Assembly (NCBI GenBank): GCA_963699545.1 | Contig: CAVOUE010000006.1 | Coordinates: forward strand, 160,001 to 224,000 | Direction of reading: 5' to 3' | Length of the DNA stretch: 64,000 nt | Source: Nitrospirota bacterium | Lineage (GTDB): Bacteria; Nitrospirota; Thermodesulfovibrionia; Thermodesulfovibrionales; UBA9159 | Shown: positions 10,419 through 21,532 of the stretch, one piece after another | How the letters are laid out: the number at the start of each line of letters is the position of its first letter | Numbering within the stretch: the stretch's first letter is position 1 | Notes under the pieces: model-generated | Told to the model about the DNA's origin: nothing | Seen by the model: only the letters and a program-made list of their open reading frames with translations | Databases searched by the model: none | Translations under genes and position numbers: made by a program

Positions 10419-10983
10419 TTATAACTTGTCCAGAGCGAGATTCAGTTTCAACACATTGACCCTTGGCACTCCGAGGAAGCCGAACTGGCGGTCTTCAATA
10501 TGCTCCTGTACCAGAGCACGCACTTTTTCTTCAGAAACCTTCCGTTCCTTTGCGATACGGGGGATCTGTATGAGCGCCGCTTCGGGGCTGATATTCGGGT
10601 CCAGTCCACTCCCGGACGCCATCACCAGGTCGGATGGAAGCTGCTCCTGGATGCCCGATTCCCGAAATGATTTTACCCGATCCGCAACCTGATTGATAAG
10701 ATCCTGATTGGTAGGCCCCAAATTAGATCCCACCCGACGCCATGGCATTGTACGGGAAATCCGAGGTTGCCGAGGGCCGAGGCCAGAAGTACTTCGGATC
10801 GGAAAAGGGCTGACCGATCAACGACGACCCGATTGGCACGCCATCGGCTCTATACATGATGCTCCCATTGGCCTGCTGCGGAAACATGAGTTGCGCCAGT
10901 AGCGTTACCGCTGCAGGATACAGGACTCCGGTCAACAACGACAATGCTACGAAGAGCAATACACCGTTCTTTATCTCTTTCAT
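10419..10983 (-). CDS. kdpC: K+-transporting ATPase subunit C, one frameshift
   Basis: GSSLIGQPF..PKYFWPRPSA, DLVMASGSGLDPNIS, VNVLKLNLALD. Confidence 0.92.
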
Positions 10984-10996
10984 GACATTACTCCTT

Positions 10997-13060
10997 TCAA
11001 ATCAAGACATTTATCAATACGTCGATCAACTTGATCCCGGCAAAGGGGGCCAGAAGCCCTCCCACCCCATAAATCAAAAGGTTATAGACCAGCAGCTTTT
11101 CCGCAGGCATCGGCCGGTAAGGGGTCCCTTTCAATGCAAGGGGAATCAGCAGGGAATGATGATCGCATTGAAGATGACGGCCGAAAGGATAGCGCTGAAG
11201 GGGTTGGCCAGATGCATGACATTCAGAATCCCCAGCTGGGGGATAGACTGCGGCACAGGCGGCCGGGATGATCGCAAAATATTTTGCGACATCGTTTGCG
11301 ATGCTGAAGGTGGTGAGCGTACCCCGTGTCATCAGGATCTGCTTGCCGATCTCGACGATGTCCAGCAGTTTGGTCGGATTGCTGTCAAGGTCGATGATGT
11401 TGGCTGCTTCCCGTGCAGGCTGCGTTCCCGTGTTCATCGCCACCGCCACATCAGCCTGGGCAAGGGCAGGCGCGTCATTGGTGCCGTCGCCGGTCATGGC
11501 CACCATGTAACCCTGTTCCTGGTTTTCACGGATCAGCCTGAGCTTGTCTTCAGGCTTTGCCTGGGCCAAGAAATCATCAACCTGGGCTTCAGTAGCGATG
11601 GCCGCTGCGGTGAGAGGGTTATCTCCGGTGATCATGATCGTCTTGATCCCCATTCTTCTCAACTGAAGAAAGCGTTCCTGGATCCCGCCCTTTAAGATGT
11701 CCTTCAGATTTATGACGCCAAGGACTTCAGCATCACGACTGACGACCAGCGGGGTTCCTCCGGACTTGGCGATACCGGTAACATGGCTTTCCAGGTCATG
11801 CGGGATAGTTCCACCCGTGCTCTGCACAATACGCGCGATCGAGTCCCCCGCCCCTTTGCGATACGCGTGCCCATCTGCGTTCACCCCGCTTAACCTTGTT
11901 TCGGCGCTGAAGGGTACGGACTCGGCATTGTGCGGCAGTTCCCGCATGCGGAGCTCGTATTTCTGCTTGGCAAGCACTACGATGCTCCGCCCTTCCGGCG
12001 TTTCATCGGTGAGCGAGGCCATCAACGCCGCCTCAGCCAGTTCCTTTTCTGAATGGCCTCCCACCGGAATGAAAGAAACCGCCTGCCGGTTACCGAGCGT
12101 GATGGTTCCGGTCTTGTCCAGCAGGAGCACATTCACATCTCCGGCGGCCTCGATCGCCCTTCCGGACAGGGCTATCACATTTTTCTGGAAGAGGCGGTCC
12201 ATTCCCGCGATGCCGATGGCAGGCAGAAGGGCTGCAATGGTTGTCGGTATGAGACAGACAAATAATGCGACCAGCGCCACGAGCGTCACCGGCTGTCCCT
12301 GGCCCATCGCTTTCACGCTATAGATGGAAAGGGGGCTCAGATTGACCACGACAAGAAAGAAGACGACGGTCATGGCAACCAGGAGAACCTCCAGGGCTAT
12401 CTCATTGGGGGTCTTCCGGCGCTTCGCCCCTTCCACCAGTGAAATCATCCGGTCAAGGAAGGTCTCGCCGGGATTTGCGGTGATACGCACCACAATGCTG
12501 TTCGCTATTACTTGCGTCCCGCCGGTCACCGCGCTGCGGTCTCCTCCCGATTCCCTCACAACCGGCGCGGACTCACCGGTGACAGCGGCTTCGTTGACGA
12601 GCGCCGCGCCAGCGATCACTTCTCCATCACCGGCGATCATATCCTTCGCCTCCACGAGTATAATGTCGCCTTTACGGAGCTGGGTGGAGGGAACAAGCTC
12701 ATACGCTCCTCCCGGTTCAGGCTTTTTCAGCTTTTTCGCCATGATATCCTGCCGGGTCTTCCTCATGGACTCGGCACGCGCCTTGCCCCGTCCCTCTGCC
12801 AGGGATTCAGCAAATGTGGCAAAAATGACGGTCAGCCAGAGCCATACCGAAACAATTCCGGTAAACCAGGCCGGCTCCCCTTTTCCTGTAGCCAGATTGT
12901 AAATAAAATTAACTGTTGTGATCACGCTGCCGATCTCGACCGACAGCATGACCGGATTCCGCCAGAGGGCACGGGGATCGAGCTTCTTGAAGGAATCTAT
13001 AAAAGCCGCTTTCAGCAGCTTCGGATCAAAGATGCTTTTGCTTTCCATACGTTTCGCCAT
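10997..13060 (-). CDS. kdpB: K+-transporting ATPase subunit B
   Basis: [26 protein letters not shown]. Confidence 0.97.
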   Translation of the reverse strand: MAKRMESKSIFDPKLLKAAFIDSFKKLDPRALWRNPVMLSVEIGSVITTVNFIYNLATGKGEPAWFTGIVSVWLWLTVIFATFAESLAEGRGKARAESMRKTRQDIMAKKLKKPEPGGAYELVPSTQLRKGDIILVEAKDMIAGDGEVIAGAALVNEAAVTGESAPVVRESGGDRSAVTGGTQVIANSIVVRITANPGETFLDRMISLVEGAKRRKTPNEIALEVLLVAMTVVFFLVVVNLSPLSIYSVKAMGQGQPVTLVALVALFVCLIPTTIAALLPAIGIAGMDRLFQKNVIALSGRAIEAAGDVNVLLLDKTGTITLGNRQAVSFIPVGGHSEKELAEAALMASLTDETPEGRSIVVLAKQKYELRMRELPHNAESVPFSAETRLSGVNADGHAYRKGAGDSIARIVQSTGGTIPHDLESHVTGIAKSGGTPLVVSRDAEVLGVINLKDILKGGIQERFLQLRRMGIKTIMITGDNPLTAAAIATEAQVDDFLAQAKPEDKLRLIRENQEQGYMVAMTGDGTNDAPALAQADVAVAMNTGTQPAREAANIIDLDSNPTKLLDIVEIGKQILMTRGTLTTFSIANDVAKYFAIIPAACAAVYPPAGDSECHASGQPLQRYPFGRHLQCDHHSLLIPLALKGTPYRPMPAEKLLVYNLLIYGVGGLLAPFAGIKLIDVLINVLI

Positions 13061-13062
13061 GA

Positions 13063-14859
13063 CTAAACACCTCCAAGCATGATCATATGTTCAACGATCG
13101 GCCCAAGGGCAAGGACCGGGAAGAAGGTCAGGGCCCCGACGATCAGTATTACCGACACGAGCCAGAATATAAAGGGAAGCTGATCTGTCGGGAGAGTGCC
13201 CACACTGGGCGGAACATACTTTTTCCTGACCAGCGAGCCCGCCATGGCCAGGATCGCGATGGCGGGTCCAAATCTTCCCAGGAGCATGGCCACAGAACCC
13301 ATCAGGTTATAGAACACGGTATTTGCGTTCAGGCCGGCGAAGGCGCTGCCATTGTTGTTTGACATCGAGGCAAAGGCATAGAGCACCTCGCTCAGGCCGT
13401 GGGGACCGGGGTTGGCCATGGAACTCACGGCTGAAGGGGTTATCAGCGCTATGGCAACGAAGGGGAGGATCACCACCCCGGCGGTGAGAACCGTAATCAC
13501 CGACATCCACATCTCGGTGACCTCGATCTTCTTTCCAAGATACTCAGGGATCCGGCCGATCATGAGGCCGGCAGTGAAGACCGCGATAATGACAAAGGCA
13601 AGCATCGTGTAGAGACCCGACCCCACTCCTCCAAAAACAACTTCGCTCAATAGCATGAGCATCAGGGGGACCATTCCGCCGAGTGGCGTCAATGAATCAT
13701 GCATGTTATTCACTGCCCCGCACGAGGTTCCGGTAGTTGCACTGGCGAACAAGGCCGACCATCCGGTCCCGAAACGGACCTCCTTGCCTTCCATATTGGC
13801 ACCCGGGACACCCAGCTTCTGAAGTAGAGGATTGCCATTATACTCTGCCCAGTAGAGGACCCCGACTGCCAGGATCAAAAGGAACATCATCGCTGTATAG
13901 ATAGCCCACCCTTGCCGTTGCTTGCCGACCATGCGGCCGAACGTATTTGTCAGCGCAGCAGGGATCGAGAGGATCAAGAGGATTTCGAGAAAATTGGACA
14001 GGGGTGTCGGGTTCTCATAGGGATGCGCCGAGTTGGCATTGAAGAAACCGCCCCCGTTCGTCCCAAGCTCTTTGATCACCTCCTGAGAGGCAACCGGTCC
14101 CATGGGCAGGGTCTGTTCCTTCACTGTCACCTTCTCGGTGACGGCCTGTCCTTTTTCGTCCTTGACCGGGTTGCCCTCCGCGTCAAGTTTAGGCTTGTCA
14201 TAGCTTGTTGCCTCTACCAGCTGGGCTGTCTTGTAAGGACTGAAGTTCTGGATTGCGCCCTGCGAAACCAGCACAAGCGCTGCTACGAGTGATATCGGCA
14301 GCAGGATATAGAGAACGCTCCTGGTCAGATCAACCCAGAAATTGCCTATGGTTTCTGCTGTCCTGCGGGCAAGCCCTCGAATGAAGGCAATGACGACAGC
14401 CATTCCTGTTGCGGCTGATACGAAATTCTGTACTGTCAGCCCTGCTGCTTGAGTAAGATAACTGGCAGCTGATTCACCGCTGTATGCCTGCCAGTTTGTG
14501 TTGGTGACAAAACTCACGGCTGTATTGATCGCCAGATGCCAGGAGAAGGCCGGAAACTTACTGGGGTTAAGCGGCAGATATCCCTGCAGCATGAGAATGC
14601 TCAAAAGCACAACAAGGCCTAACCCATTAAAGATGAGCATCGCCGAGGCATATTGCTTCCAGTTCATTTCAGCATCAGATCCGATACCTGAGATCCTGTA
14701 AACGATCCTTTCGATCGGACCAAGGACCGGGCTGAGAAAAGTTCTTTCTCCCTCGTATACCCTCTTCATAAATCCGCCGAAAGGCTTTGCCAGGAGCGTT
14801 AGCACTGCTAACAGCGCAACGATCTGAACAATGTCAAAAGTCATACCAGTGTTTTGCAT
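13063..14859 (-). CDS. kdpA: K+-transporting ATPase subunit A
   Basis: [40 protein letters not shown]. Confidence 0.97.
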   Translation of the reverse strand: MQNTGMTFDIVQIVALLAVLTLLAKPFGGFMKRVYEGERTFLSPVLGPIERIVYRISGIGSDAEMNWKQYASAMLIFNGLGLVVLLSILMLQGYLPLNPSKFPAFSWHLAINTAVSFVTNTNWQAYSGESAASYLTQAAGLTVQNFVSAATGMAVVIAFIRGLARRTAETIGNFWVDLTRSVLYILLPISLVAALVLVSQGAIQNFSPYKTAQLVEATSYDKPKLDAEGNPVKDEKGQAVTEKVTVKEQTLPMGPVASQEVIKELGTNGGGFFNANSAHPYENPTPLSNFLEILLILSIPAALTNTFGRMVGKQRQGWAIYTAMMFLLILAVGVLYWAEYNGNPLLQKLGVPGANMEGKEVRFGTGWSALFASATTGTSCGAVNNMHDSLTPLGGMVPLMLMLLSEVVFGGVGSGLYTMLAFVIIAVFTAGLMIGRIPEYLGKKIEVTEMWMSVITVLTAGVVILPFVAIALITPSAVSSMANPGPHGLSEVLYAFASMSNNNGSAFAGLNANTVFYNLMGSVAMLLGRFGPAIAILAMAGSLVRKKYVPPSVGTLPTDQLPFIFWLVSVILIVGALTFFPVLALGPIVEHMIMLGGV

Positions 14860-14886
14860 ACTCACCCCCAAAAAAGAAGTTTCCAG

Positions 14887-15189
14887 TTATCTTGCAAATC
14901 TGCATTCGATCTTAAATTCGGTTACGTTTCGCTCGCTCAGCTTGTTATTGATGTGCCTGGTCACCCATTCAAGCACGTCTTTCTTCGCTTCAGAGACCTC
15001 GAAAGCAAATTTCGCCGTCTGCTCTTCCTGCATTCCTCTTTCGTGGTCTTTAATGCACACAGTATGGATGGTACAAACAGTAGCGCTCATGCCGGGCTTC
15101 ACGTCTTCCGGCATCGGTGAAGTGGCCGACGCATTGCCGACGAGCCCGAACAAGACGCTCATGCATATTAAGATTGAGATTTTCTTCAT
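14887..15189 (-). CDS. Small secreted hypothetical protein inside the kdp operon
   Basis: Signal peptide and RBS GAGGGAG. Confidence 0.55.
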   Translation of the reverse strand: MKKISILICMSVLFGLVGNASATSPMPEDVKPGMSATVCTIHTVCIKDHERGMQEEQTAKFAFEVSEAKKDVLEWVTRHINNKLSERNVTEFKIECRFAR

Positions 15190-15295
15190 TTTTGTTCTCC
15201 CTCAATTTCACTCAAACGAACAAGGCCCGTTGCAAGACCATTGCTATGGTTGTTCAGCGAGTCCTTCCTCTTCGCGAAACCTGCTGACTTTCGTT

Positions 15296-16444
15296 CTACC
15301 ATGAGTACATCACACCAAGAGCGATGGTGTCCTGGCTTTTCTTTGTGCTGCCGCCGCTGCCGCCGGGAAATGATTCCGCGTTCGACCAGTCATGCCTGTA
15401 TTCAGGCCTCACGAGCAGGTTCTTCGCAACCACGAACTGAGGCGTCAGCGTTATCTCTTTCACCCTCTGTGCCGTTCCGGTCCGCGCGCCGTCCTGGTCG
15501 TTGAAATACTCACCTCTGAGGGCAACACTGAACCAGTCGTTCACGTCATACTTTCCGATGACCGCCCAGCCGTACCACTTCGCCTCTCCCCCGTCAGGCA
15601 CCGAATGCTGGTCCGTGCCGTAATCGATGTTGAGGATGAACGAGAGATTCTTCACCGGCTTCACGGTACCTATCCAGTCCAGGAGGAACCTGTTGTCATG
15701 GTTATTGTCCGGCTTTTCCGGACCATACATGACATTGAAAAGCATGGAGAGCTGTTCCATTGGCGTAACACCCAGAGACAATCCGACGCTCTTTCCCTTG
15801 TTGTTGTCATTCGTGTCATCCCAGCCATTCACAAGAAATAAGGCCCCATTGAACGCATCGCTGAACGGGTAACTGACCTTGAACCCCGTATGGGTGAACG
15901 GGACCGCATAGTTGAACAGAAATGAACGCGAGTAATTCGGATTGTCCCGGGCCTCAATGACCTCGGCCCCAAAGTAGGTGGCAAACTTCCCGAAATCAAA
16001 TCTCAATCCCTTGCCCACAGGTGCGGTGTAGCTTACATACGCCTCAGTGAGGTCAAACACGTCATCACTGCTGCCGAGACCATTTGAGTGAATGAACTTT
16101 GCCGTTTCCCCCACCGACAGCTTCAACTTGAAGCCCAGGCCGCCGACGGCAGGTTCTTTCAGGAACTGCAGCTGGGCAAGGTCTACAAGAAAGCTGTTTG
16201 CCTGCTGGTCAAATACCCTTAACCCGTTCTCTTTGTTTGCCGGGTTCTCAAAATTATAGGTATACCCCCCCTGAAGATAGATGCTCATACCGAGGGCATT
16301 CTTGATGTCTTCCGCTGTCATAGCCGGCTTTTTCTCTTCGGCGCTGGCCCCTGAAACAAACACACACAATGCCAGACACAACAAACTCATTGCCAAAAAT
16401 CCCTTCTTCATTCTGCTTCCTTCTTTCAATTCAGCAATTTTCAT
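15296..16444 (-). CDS. Outer-membrane beta-barrel porin
   Basis: Signal peptide, GKFATYFGAEVIE..NPNYSRS, terminal aromatic YSW. Confidence 0.85.
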   Translation of the reverse strand: MKIAELKEGSRMKKGFLAMSLLCLALCVFVSGASAEEKKPAMTAEDIKNALGMSIYLQGGYTYNFENPANKENGLRVFDQQANSFLVDLAQLQFLKEPAVGGLGFKLKLSVGETAKFIHSNGLGSSDDVFDLTEAYVSYTAPVGKGLRFDFGKFATYFGAEVIEARDNPNYSRSFLFNYAVPFTHTGFKVSYPFSDAFNGALFLVNGWDDTNDNNKGKSVGLSLGVTPMEQLSMLFNVMYGPEKPDNNHDNRFLLDWIGTVKPVKNLSFILNIDYGTDQHSVPDGGEAKWYGWAVIGKYDVNDWFSVALRGEYFNDQDGARTGTAQRVKEITLTPQFVVAKNLLVRPEYRHDWSNAESFPGGSGGSTKKSQDTIALGVMYSW

Positions 16445-16552
16445 TTCTTCTCCTTTTCCTTCTTCTCCAATGATAGCGCATAATTCGATGGCTTCATAGG
16501 GGCTTACCTTTCACGCGGCACAAATCCTCCTTTCGGGAGGGGCAGGAAAGCA

Positions 16553-16588
16553 GAAAATAAAAAACCGCCCAAGGCAAGGGGCGGTTTA
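16553..16588 (-). terminator. Intrinsic terminator (riboswitch expression platform)
   Basis: Minus strand AAACCGCCC-CTTGCCTT-GGGCGGTTTTTTATTTT. Confidence 0.85.
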
Positions 16589-16604
16589 ATTTCAGCCTTT
16601 TGCC

Positions 16605-16732
16605 CTTCCAAACGCCTACGAGGTTAGCTGACGGGCTCGGGCCTGGAAGTGCCCTTTTCCCGGGTATCCCGGAAAATACGCCCCAAATGCTTGGGTCCCC
16701 CGCATCCATTCTTTGAATGGATCTCGGCTGCT
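16605..16732 (-). ncRNA. c-di-AMP riboswitch (ydaO/yuaA class)
   Basis: Minus strand ...ATCC...GGATGCGGGGGACCCA...TTTGGGGCG...GAGCCCGTCAGCTAACCTCGTAGGC, upstream of K+ uptake genes. Confidence 0.9.
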
Positions 16733-16744
16733 ATGTAATTTTTA

Positions 16745-16773
16745 TTAATATCACTCGCCAAAAAAATTGTCAA
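16745..16773 (-). promoter_or_regulatory. Sigma70-type promoter of the riboswitch/kdp transcript
   Basis: TTGACA-17 nt-TATTAA on the minus strand. Confidence 0.6.
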
Positions 16774-16875
16774 GAGAAATCGGTCATTTTTCTTGAAGCC
16801 CGCTATAACCCATTGATTACTTGCGGCAATTCATATGCTCATAAAAGCATTCACCGGCTTATGAGGAGCTGTTCT

Positions 16876-18265
16876 TTAATCTTTTTCCTCTTTCCGCCTC
16901 ATCGAAAAGACGTGCAGAAAAGCTATGCCGACGATCCCTGAGACGAAAGAAGCGATGAGGATCCCCACTTTTGCGAAATCGAGCATCAAAGGGTCTCTGA
17001 AAGAGAGTGAAGTGATAAAAAGTGACATGGTGAAGCCTATCCCTCCGAGAATGCCGGCGCCGATGATATGCGGCCAGGCCACACCCGCAGGCAGAGATGA
17101 CAGATTCTTCCTCGTGAAGAGATAGGAGAAGAGGACGATTCCTACCGGCTTGCCGAAGAGCAGGCCAAGGCCCACCCCAAGGGTCACAGGCGAGGTCAAT
17201 GCCTGAGCAACGTCAATCGTCCCAAGTGTGAGCCCGGCGTTGGCAAGCGCAAAGACGGGGATCACCAGATAAGCGACCCAGGGATGGAGGGAATGCTCGA
17301 GACGCTGGAGAGGCGTTTCCACGTCATGGCAGGCAAGCTCGATGGCTTGCACCGCATCCCGGTGCTTCTCATCCAGAAGGATAGAGTGGCCGCATCCGTC
17401 CGGGGGGCAGTGGAATTCCCCGAGGTACTTGCTGACCTCCCCGAGAAATCTGTCGGTGTCATATTTCCCCCTGGCAGGGATGCACATCGCAACGAGGACC
17501 CCTGCGACCGTGGCGTGGATCCCTGACCCGAGCAAGGCAAACCAGAGTCCGATCCCGAGCAGCGCGTAAACGAGTGTCCTCCTGACCCAGAGGAGGTTCG
17601 CAATGACCATAAGAATGACAGCCACAAGGCCGAGGGCAAGGGAGGACAGAGCGATTGTCTCTGTATAGAAGAGCGCGATCACGACAACGGCCCCAAGGTC
17701 ATCGGCTATAGCGAGGGCGGAAAGGAAGACCCTGAGTCCGAAGGGTATCTTCTTCCCGAGTATAAAGAGGGCGCCCAGCGCAAAGGCGATGTCCGTTGCC
17801 ATGGCTATACCCCATCCGTGGACGGTCGGCGTTCCGTGGTTGAAGGCGAAGTAGACGAGAGCCGGGAAAACCATCCCTCCAAGGGCGGCGCCGACAGGCA
17901 GGAGGGCCTTCTTCAAAGAAGCAAGCTCTCCGGTGCTGACTTCACGTTTGATCTCGAGCCCGACGATGAAAAAGAATATCGCCATGAGCCCTTCGTTGAT
18001 CCACTCGCGGAGACTCTTTACGACCGAGTATCCACCAAGGCCGATCGACAGTTCGGATTCCCAGAAGTGATGATAGGCAGCGCCAAATGGGGAATTCGCC
18101 CAGAGGAGGGCTATGGCTATGGCGCAAATGAGGAGGATGCTGCTCGAGGCCTCCGCCTCGAAAAAGAGATGGAAGGGCTTGATCAGCCCGGCCCGAAGCT
18201 TTTCAGGCTGTCAAAAGGTATTCCCTGAAGAATCTCTTCATCATACTTGTTTCTTCTCCGGCACA
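16876..18265 (-). CDS. nhaA: Na+/H+ antiporter NhaA; 5' end frameshifted, start approximate
   Basis: WINEGLMAIFFFIVGLEIKRE, ATDIAF, AIADDLGA, GIGFTMSLFI. Confidence 0.92.
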
Positions 18266-18299
18266 CGATCAAATATCCCTCTGCTGTTCACGACACTTC

Positions 18300-18384
18300 T
18301 CGCCATGACTATGCGCTTCTCTGCATGAGCATATGCTCAACGATCGGTCCAAGGGCAAGCGCCGCAAAAAAGGTCAAGGCTCCG
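18300..18384 (-). pseudogene. Relic of a second kdpA 3' end / kdpB start
   Basis: Reads [24 protein letters not shown] then ATG GCG; intact kdpA reads [24 protein letters not shown] then ATG GCG. Confidence 0.8.
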
Positions 18385-18388
18385 TCAA

Positions 18389-18790
18389 CTATTCGCGAGG
18401 AGACACGAGTATTGATTTGCCTTTTACGGTCTTCACAAGGTTGTGCTTCTCCACGAGGAAATCGACCACCTCATTCCACGATACACTCGTCAACTGCAGC
18501 GTGATCTTCCCCTGTATCCTCTTGTCGACGGTCAGCATATAGCCGTCCTGCCTCGCTATGTCGGAAAGGACGGTGAATATGCCGATGAGACTCGCTTCTT
18601 TGAAATCAAGGGTGACTTTCCTGCCGGTATATTTCACCGGCGTCTCCCGGCTTTTCTTGCCCGTATACTTCTCCAGGTCTTTATCCGTATAGATCTTCCT
18701 GCCCCCTGCAAAAACAAAGGACACGGCAAATAACACCAGCAAGGCCAGAGCGAACATCGTCGCCCGTTTCGTCATTGAACGCCTCCTCAA
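18389..18790 (-). CDS. Secreted protein with a single PilQ/secretin N0 (STN-like) domain
   Basis: YTGRKVTLDFKEASL...IQGKITLQLTSVSWNEVVDFL resembles PilQ N0. Confidence 0.65.
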   Translation of the reverse strand: MRRRSMTKRATMFALALLVLFAVSFVFAGGRKIYTDKDLEKYTGKKSRETPVKYTGRKVTLDFKEASLIGIFTVLSDIARQDGYMLTVDKRIQGKITLQLTSVSWNEVVDFLVEKHNLVKTVKGKSILVSPRE

Positions 18791-18970
18791 ATCTATGCAC
18801 CATTATATCACGGCACGGCAGGGAGCAGTGTCCCGCGGCATATACAGACACGTGCGTTTTCCCCTCACGTCTGAGCATCGGGGTGTATGTCCAAAGCAAA
18901 AACAAAATTGACTTGGGAATAACCAATCTGATAGCATTCCCAGGAAATCCGGCACAGGAGGGATCGAACA

Positions 18971-19468
18971 ATGAAGCGCCTTTTCAGTCTTCCCTTAAAG
19001 ATCATGGTATCCCTTTTTCTCCTTGCAGTTCTGTTTTCCCCTGCCCTGCTTCTGTCAGCTGAGTTCGGGAGCGGGCAGGACCGCGCCGACCACGGTACCT
19101 TTGTGGTGAGCGGCATCGGATATCCGCCCATAAAGGCAGAGAATGCCGCCCAGGCCCGTTTGCTGGCGAGGAGGGCAGCTGTTGTCGATGCATACAGGAA
19201 TGCCCTGGCCGGCGCAGGGGCGTCAAATAATGATGAGCAGGCGTTTTATGCCGGTCTGTCGGGTTTCGTGAGGGGGCTGACCATAGAAAGAGAAGAATAC
19301 ATGGAGGACGGCAGCGTAAGGATCCTTGCGAGGGTCCCGGGAGAACCGTTGCCGTAACATCACCGAGACCCCGCGAAATCCTGCCTGAAAAAGGCCGGGG
19401 AGGACCGTCGCCGGTTCCCCTGAATGAATGGTACAGGATCATAGAACGCTCAGTAAGATTCGAATAGG
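18971..19468 (+). CDS. LPP20/FlgP-like exported protein, frameshift near 19345
   Basis: QARLLARRAAVVDAYRN...GFVRG...EDGSV. Confidence 0.65.
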
Positions 19469-19485
19469 ATAAAAGAGGGGGTTGT

Positions 19486-19924
19486 ATGGAGAAGGGGCTG
19501 CATTGGAGGTTCGGGGTATTCCTCCCTTCGGTTATTCTGGCTGTCATTCTTTCCCTGCCTGCGCTGGCGGGCGCCCAGATGGAACCCGTGCCTCCCGCGC
19601 CTGCGGCAGACTTTGTAAGAGCAAAGGGCTATGGGATAGAGCCGCAGGATGCTTCTATGACCTCTGCAGAAAAGGCCCTCATGGCAAAGAGGGCTGCCAA
19701 GGTGGATGCCCTGAGAAACCTGGCGGAGCAGGTCAGGGGAGTGAGGATAACGAGCGATTCTTACGTCAGGGACTTCATCACCCAGAGCGACGAGATAAGG
19801 GCCAGGGTCAACACCTTCATTCAGGGAGCGAAGGTCGTATCGGAGCGGCAGATGCCCGACGGCAGCTATGAAGTGGAAGTGGAAGCCGAGCTGGAACCGT
19901 TAAGAAGGGATCTTTTCCAGATAA
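19486..19924 (+). CDS. LPP20/FlgP-like exported protein
   Basis: ALMAKRAAKVDALRNLAEQVRGVRITS...FIQGAKVV; end inferred from the RBS of the next gene. Confidence 0.75.
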
Positions 19925-19935
19925 GGAGGGATGAC

Positions 19936-20354
19936 ATGTTGAAAATGAGAGCGGGTGTTATTCTGGCGGTCTGTCTCGTTATGACAGTGGCGGCTTGTTC
20001 TGCACAGCAAGTCGCGCCGGAGCCGGGGGCCGACTGGATCCCTGTAAGGATATCGGCCAAGGGCGCGGGAGCGCCACCCGCCACAGCGGTGAATCAGGCA
20101 CAGGCGCGGCTCATGGCGGAAAGGGCTGCAAAGGTGGATGCCCTGAGAAATCTCCTTGAGCAGGCTTATGGGGTGACCATATCCTCAAGCACTACGGTGC
20201 GGAACTTCATCACCGAGAACGATACCATACGGGCAAGAGTGGACGCATACATCAAAGGCGCAAGGATCGTTGATACCAGGTATCTGAGCGACGGCAGCGC
20301 CGAGGTCGAGATGGAGATCAGTCTCGACTATGAATTCAGGGGATCTTCCCGTGA
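19936..20354 (+). CDS. LPP20/FlgP-like lipoprotein
   Basis: RBS AGGAGG, lipobox VAAC, RLMAERAAKVDALRNLLEQAYGV; end approximate. Confidence 0.75.
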
Positions 20355-21532
20355 GGCATTTTCCCGGAAGACATGCATTGACTGTCGCGTGGGCTTTCCT
20401 CGCGGCGCTCTTCCTGCAGACCGCTCATGCTGAAGGGGGCGAACTCATCACTGCGGACGGCATGGCGGCCATAACAGGCGGCAACACGGTGATTGCCCGG
20501 GACAAGGCCATTGACGACGCCCTCAGAAAAGCGGTAGAGCAGGCAGTGGGTACCGTGGTATCCTCCGACACCATGACCGAGAACTACAGGGTCATACACG
20601 ACAAGATACTCGCCCGGACCGCAGGGTACGTCGAACGCTACAAGGTGATGTCCGAGAAATCCCGGGGGGATGTGTATGTAGTGACCATACAGGCCGAAGT
20701 GGGCAAGGCGGATCTCACGGACGACCTCCGCGCCCTCGGTTTCCTCCACGTCCTGAAGGAAAAGCCGAAGGTCATGGTGCTCATCGACGAAAAAGTGGGC
20801 GGTATGTACGGGACCACAGGATGGGAGAGCGTGGGACAGGCAGAGTCGACCATCATGGAAAAATTCATCGCCGCGGGATTTAATGTGGTGGACCCCGCCA
20901 CGGTAAAGGCGAACATCACGAGGGACGAGGCCCTCAGGATGCTTGAAGGGGATCCCGCAGCTTCTGCCGCAGAAGGTCTCAAGTACGAGGCCCAGATCGT
21001 GATTACGGGCAAGGCCTTTTCAAAGAATGCCGGGGGGAGGATCCTCGGGACAGGGATGCAATCCATCCAGGCGACCCTCCAGGCACGGGTGGTGCGGACC
21101 GATACCTCCAGGGTCATCTCCTCAAGGAGCGCTACCGGGGCGCAGGCACATATTGATGAACTGCAGGGCGGTGCCCTTGCCATCAGGGAGGCCAGCGAAC
21201 AACTCGCCGATGCCCTGATGCAGGACATCATAAAACAATGGAGCGGAGAAGTGTATGGCCGCTCCCAGGAGATGACCATCATGATCAGCGGGCTGTCCTC
21301 ATACAACCAGCTGGCCGCCATCAAGAAGTTTCTCGAAAAGGAGGCTCAGGGGGTGAAGGCGGTACACCAGAGGAGTTTTACCGGAGGCGTGGCAGAGTTA
21401 TCCCTGGATTACGGCGGCAAGTCCGGCACTATCGCCGATGAGCTTGCGAACAGGAAATTCCCGGGGTTCAGCCTTGAGCCCACCAATGTGACACCAAACA
21501 GGGTCGATGTAAGATCGGTCACGGGAAAATGA
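20330..21532 (+). CDS. FlgT N-terminal-domain protein
   Basis: ADGMA...ARDKAIDDALRKAVEQAVGTVVSS, followed by a TolB-N/CsgG-like middle region. Confidence 0.7.
   Translation: MNSGDLPVRHFPGRHALTVAWAFLAALFLQTAHAEGGELITADGMAAITGGNTVIARDKAIDDALRKAVEQAVGTVVSSDTMTENYRVIHDKILARTAGYVERYKVMSEKSRGDVYVVTIQAEVGKADLTDDLRALGFLHVLKEKPKVMVLIDEKVGGMYGTTGWESVGQAESTIMEKFIAAGFNVVDPATVKANITRDEALRMLEGDPAASAAEGLKYEAQIVITGKAFSKNAGGRILGTGMQSIQATLQARVVRTDTSRVISSRSATGAQAHIDELQGGALAIREASEQLADALMQDIIKQWSGEVYGRSQEMTIMISGLSSYNQLAAIKKFLEKEAQGVKAVHQRSFTGGVAELSLDYGGKSGTIADELANRKFPGFSLEPTNVTPNRVDVRSVTGK

Noticed and set aside
9116-13066. Long plus-strand ORFs opposite the kdp genes
   Set aside because: Antisense shadows of GC3-biased genes with no recognisable motifs
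19486-20433. Single 315-aa double-LPP20 protein
   Set aside because: An internal RBS, ATG and lipoprotein signal at 19936 indicate two genes joined by an indel
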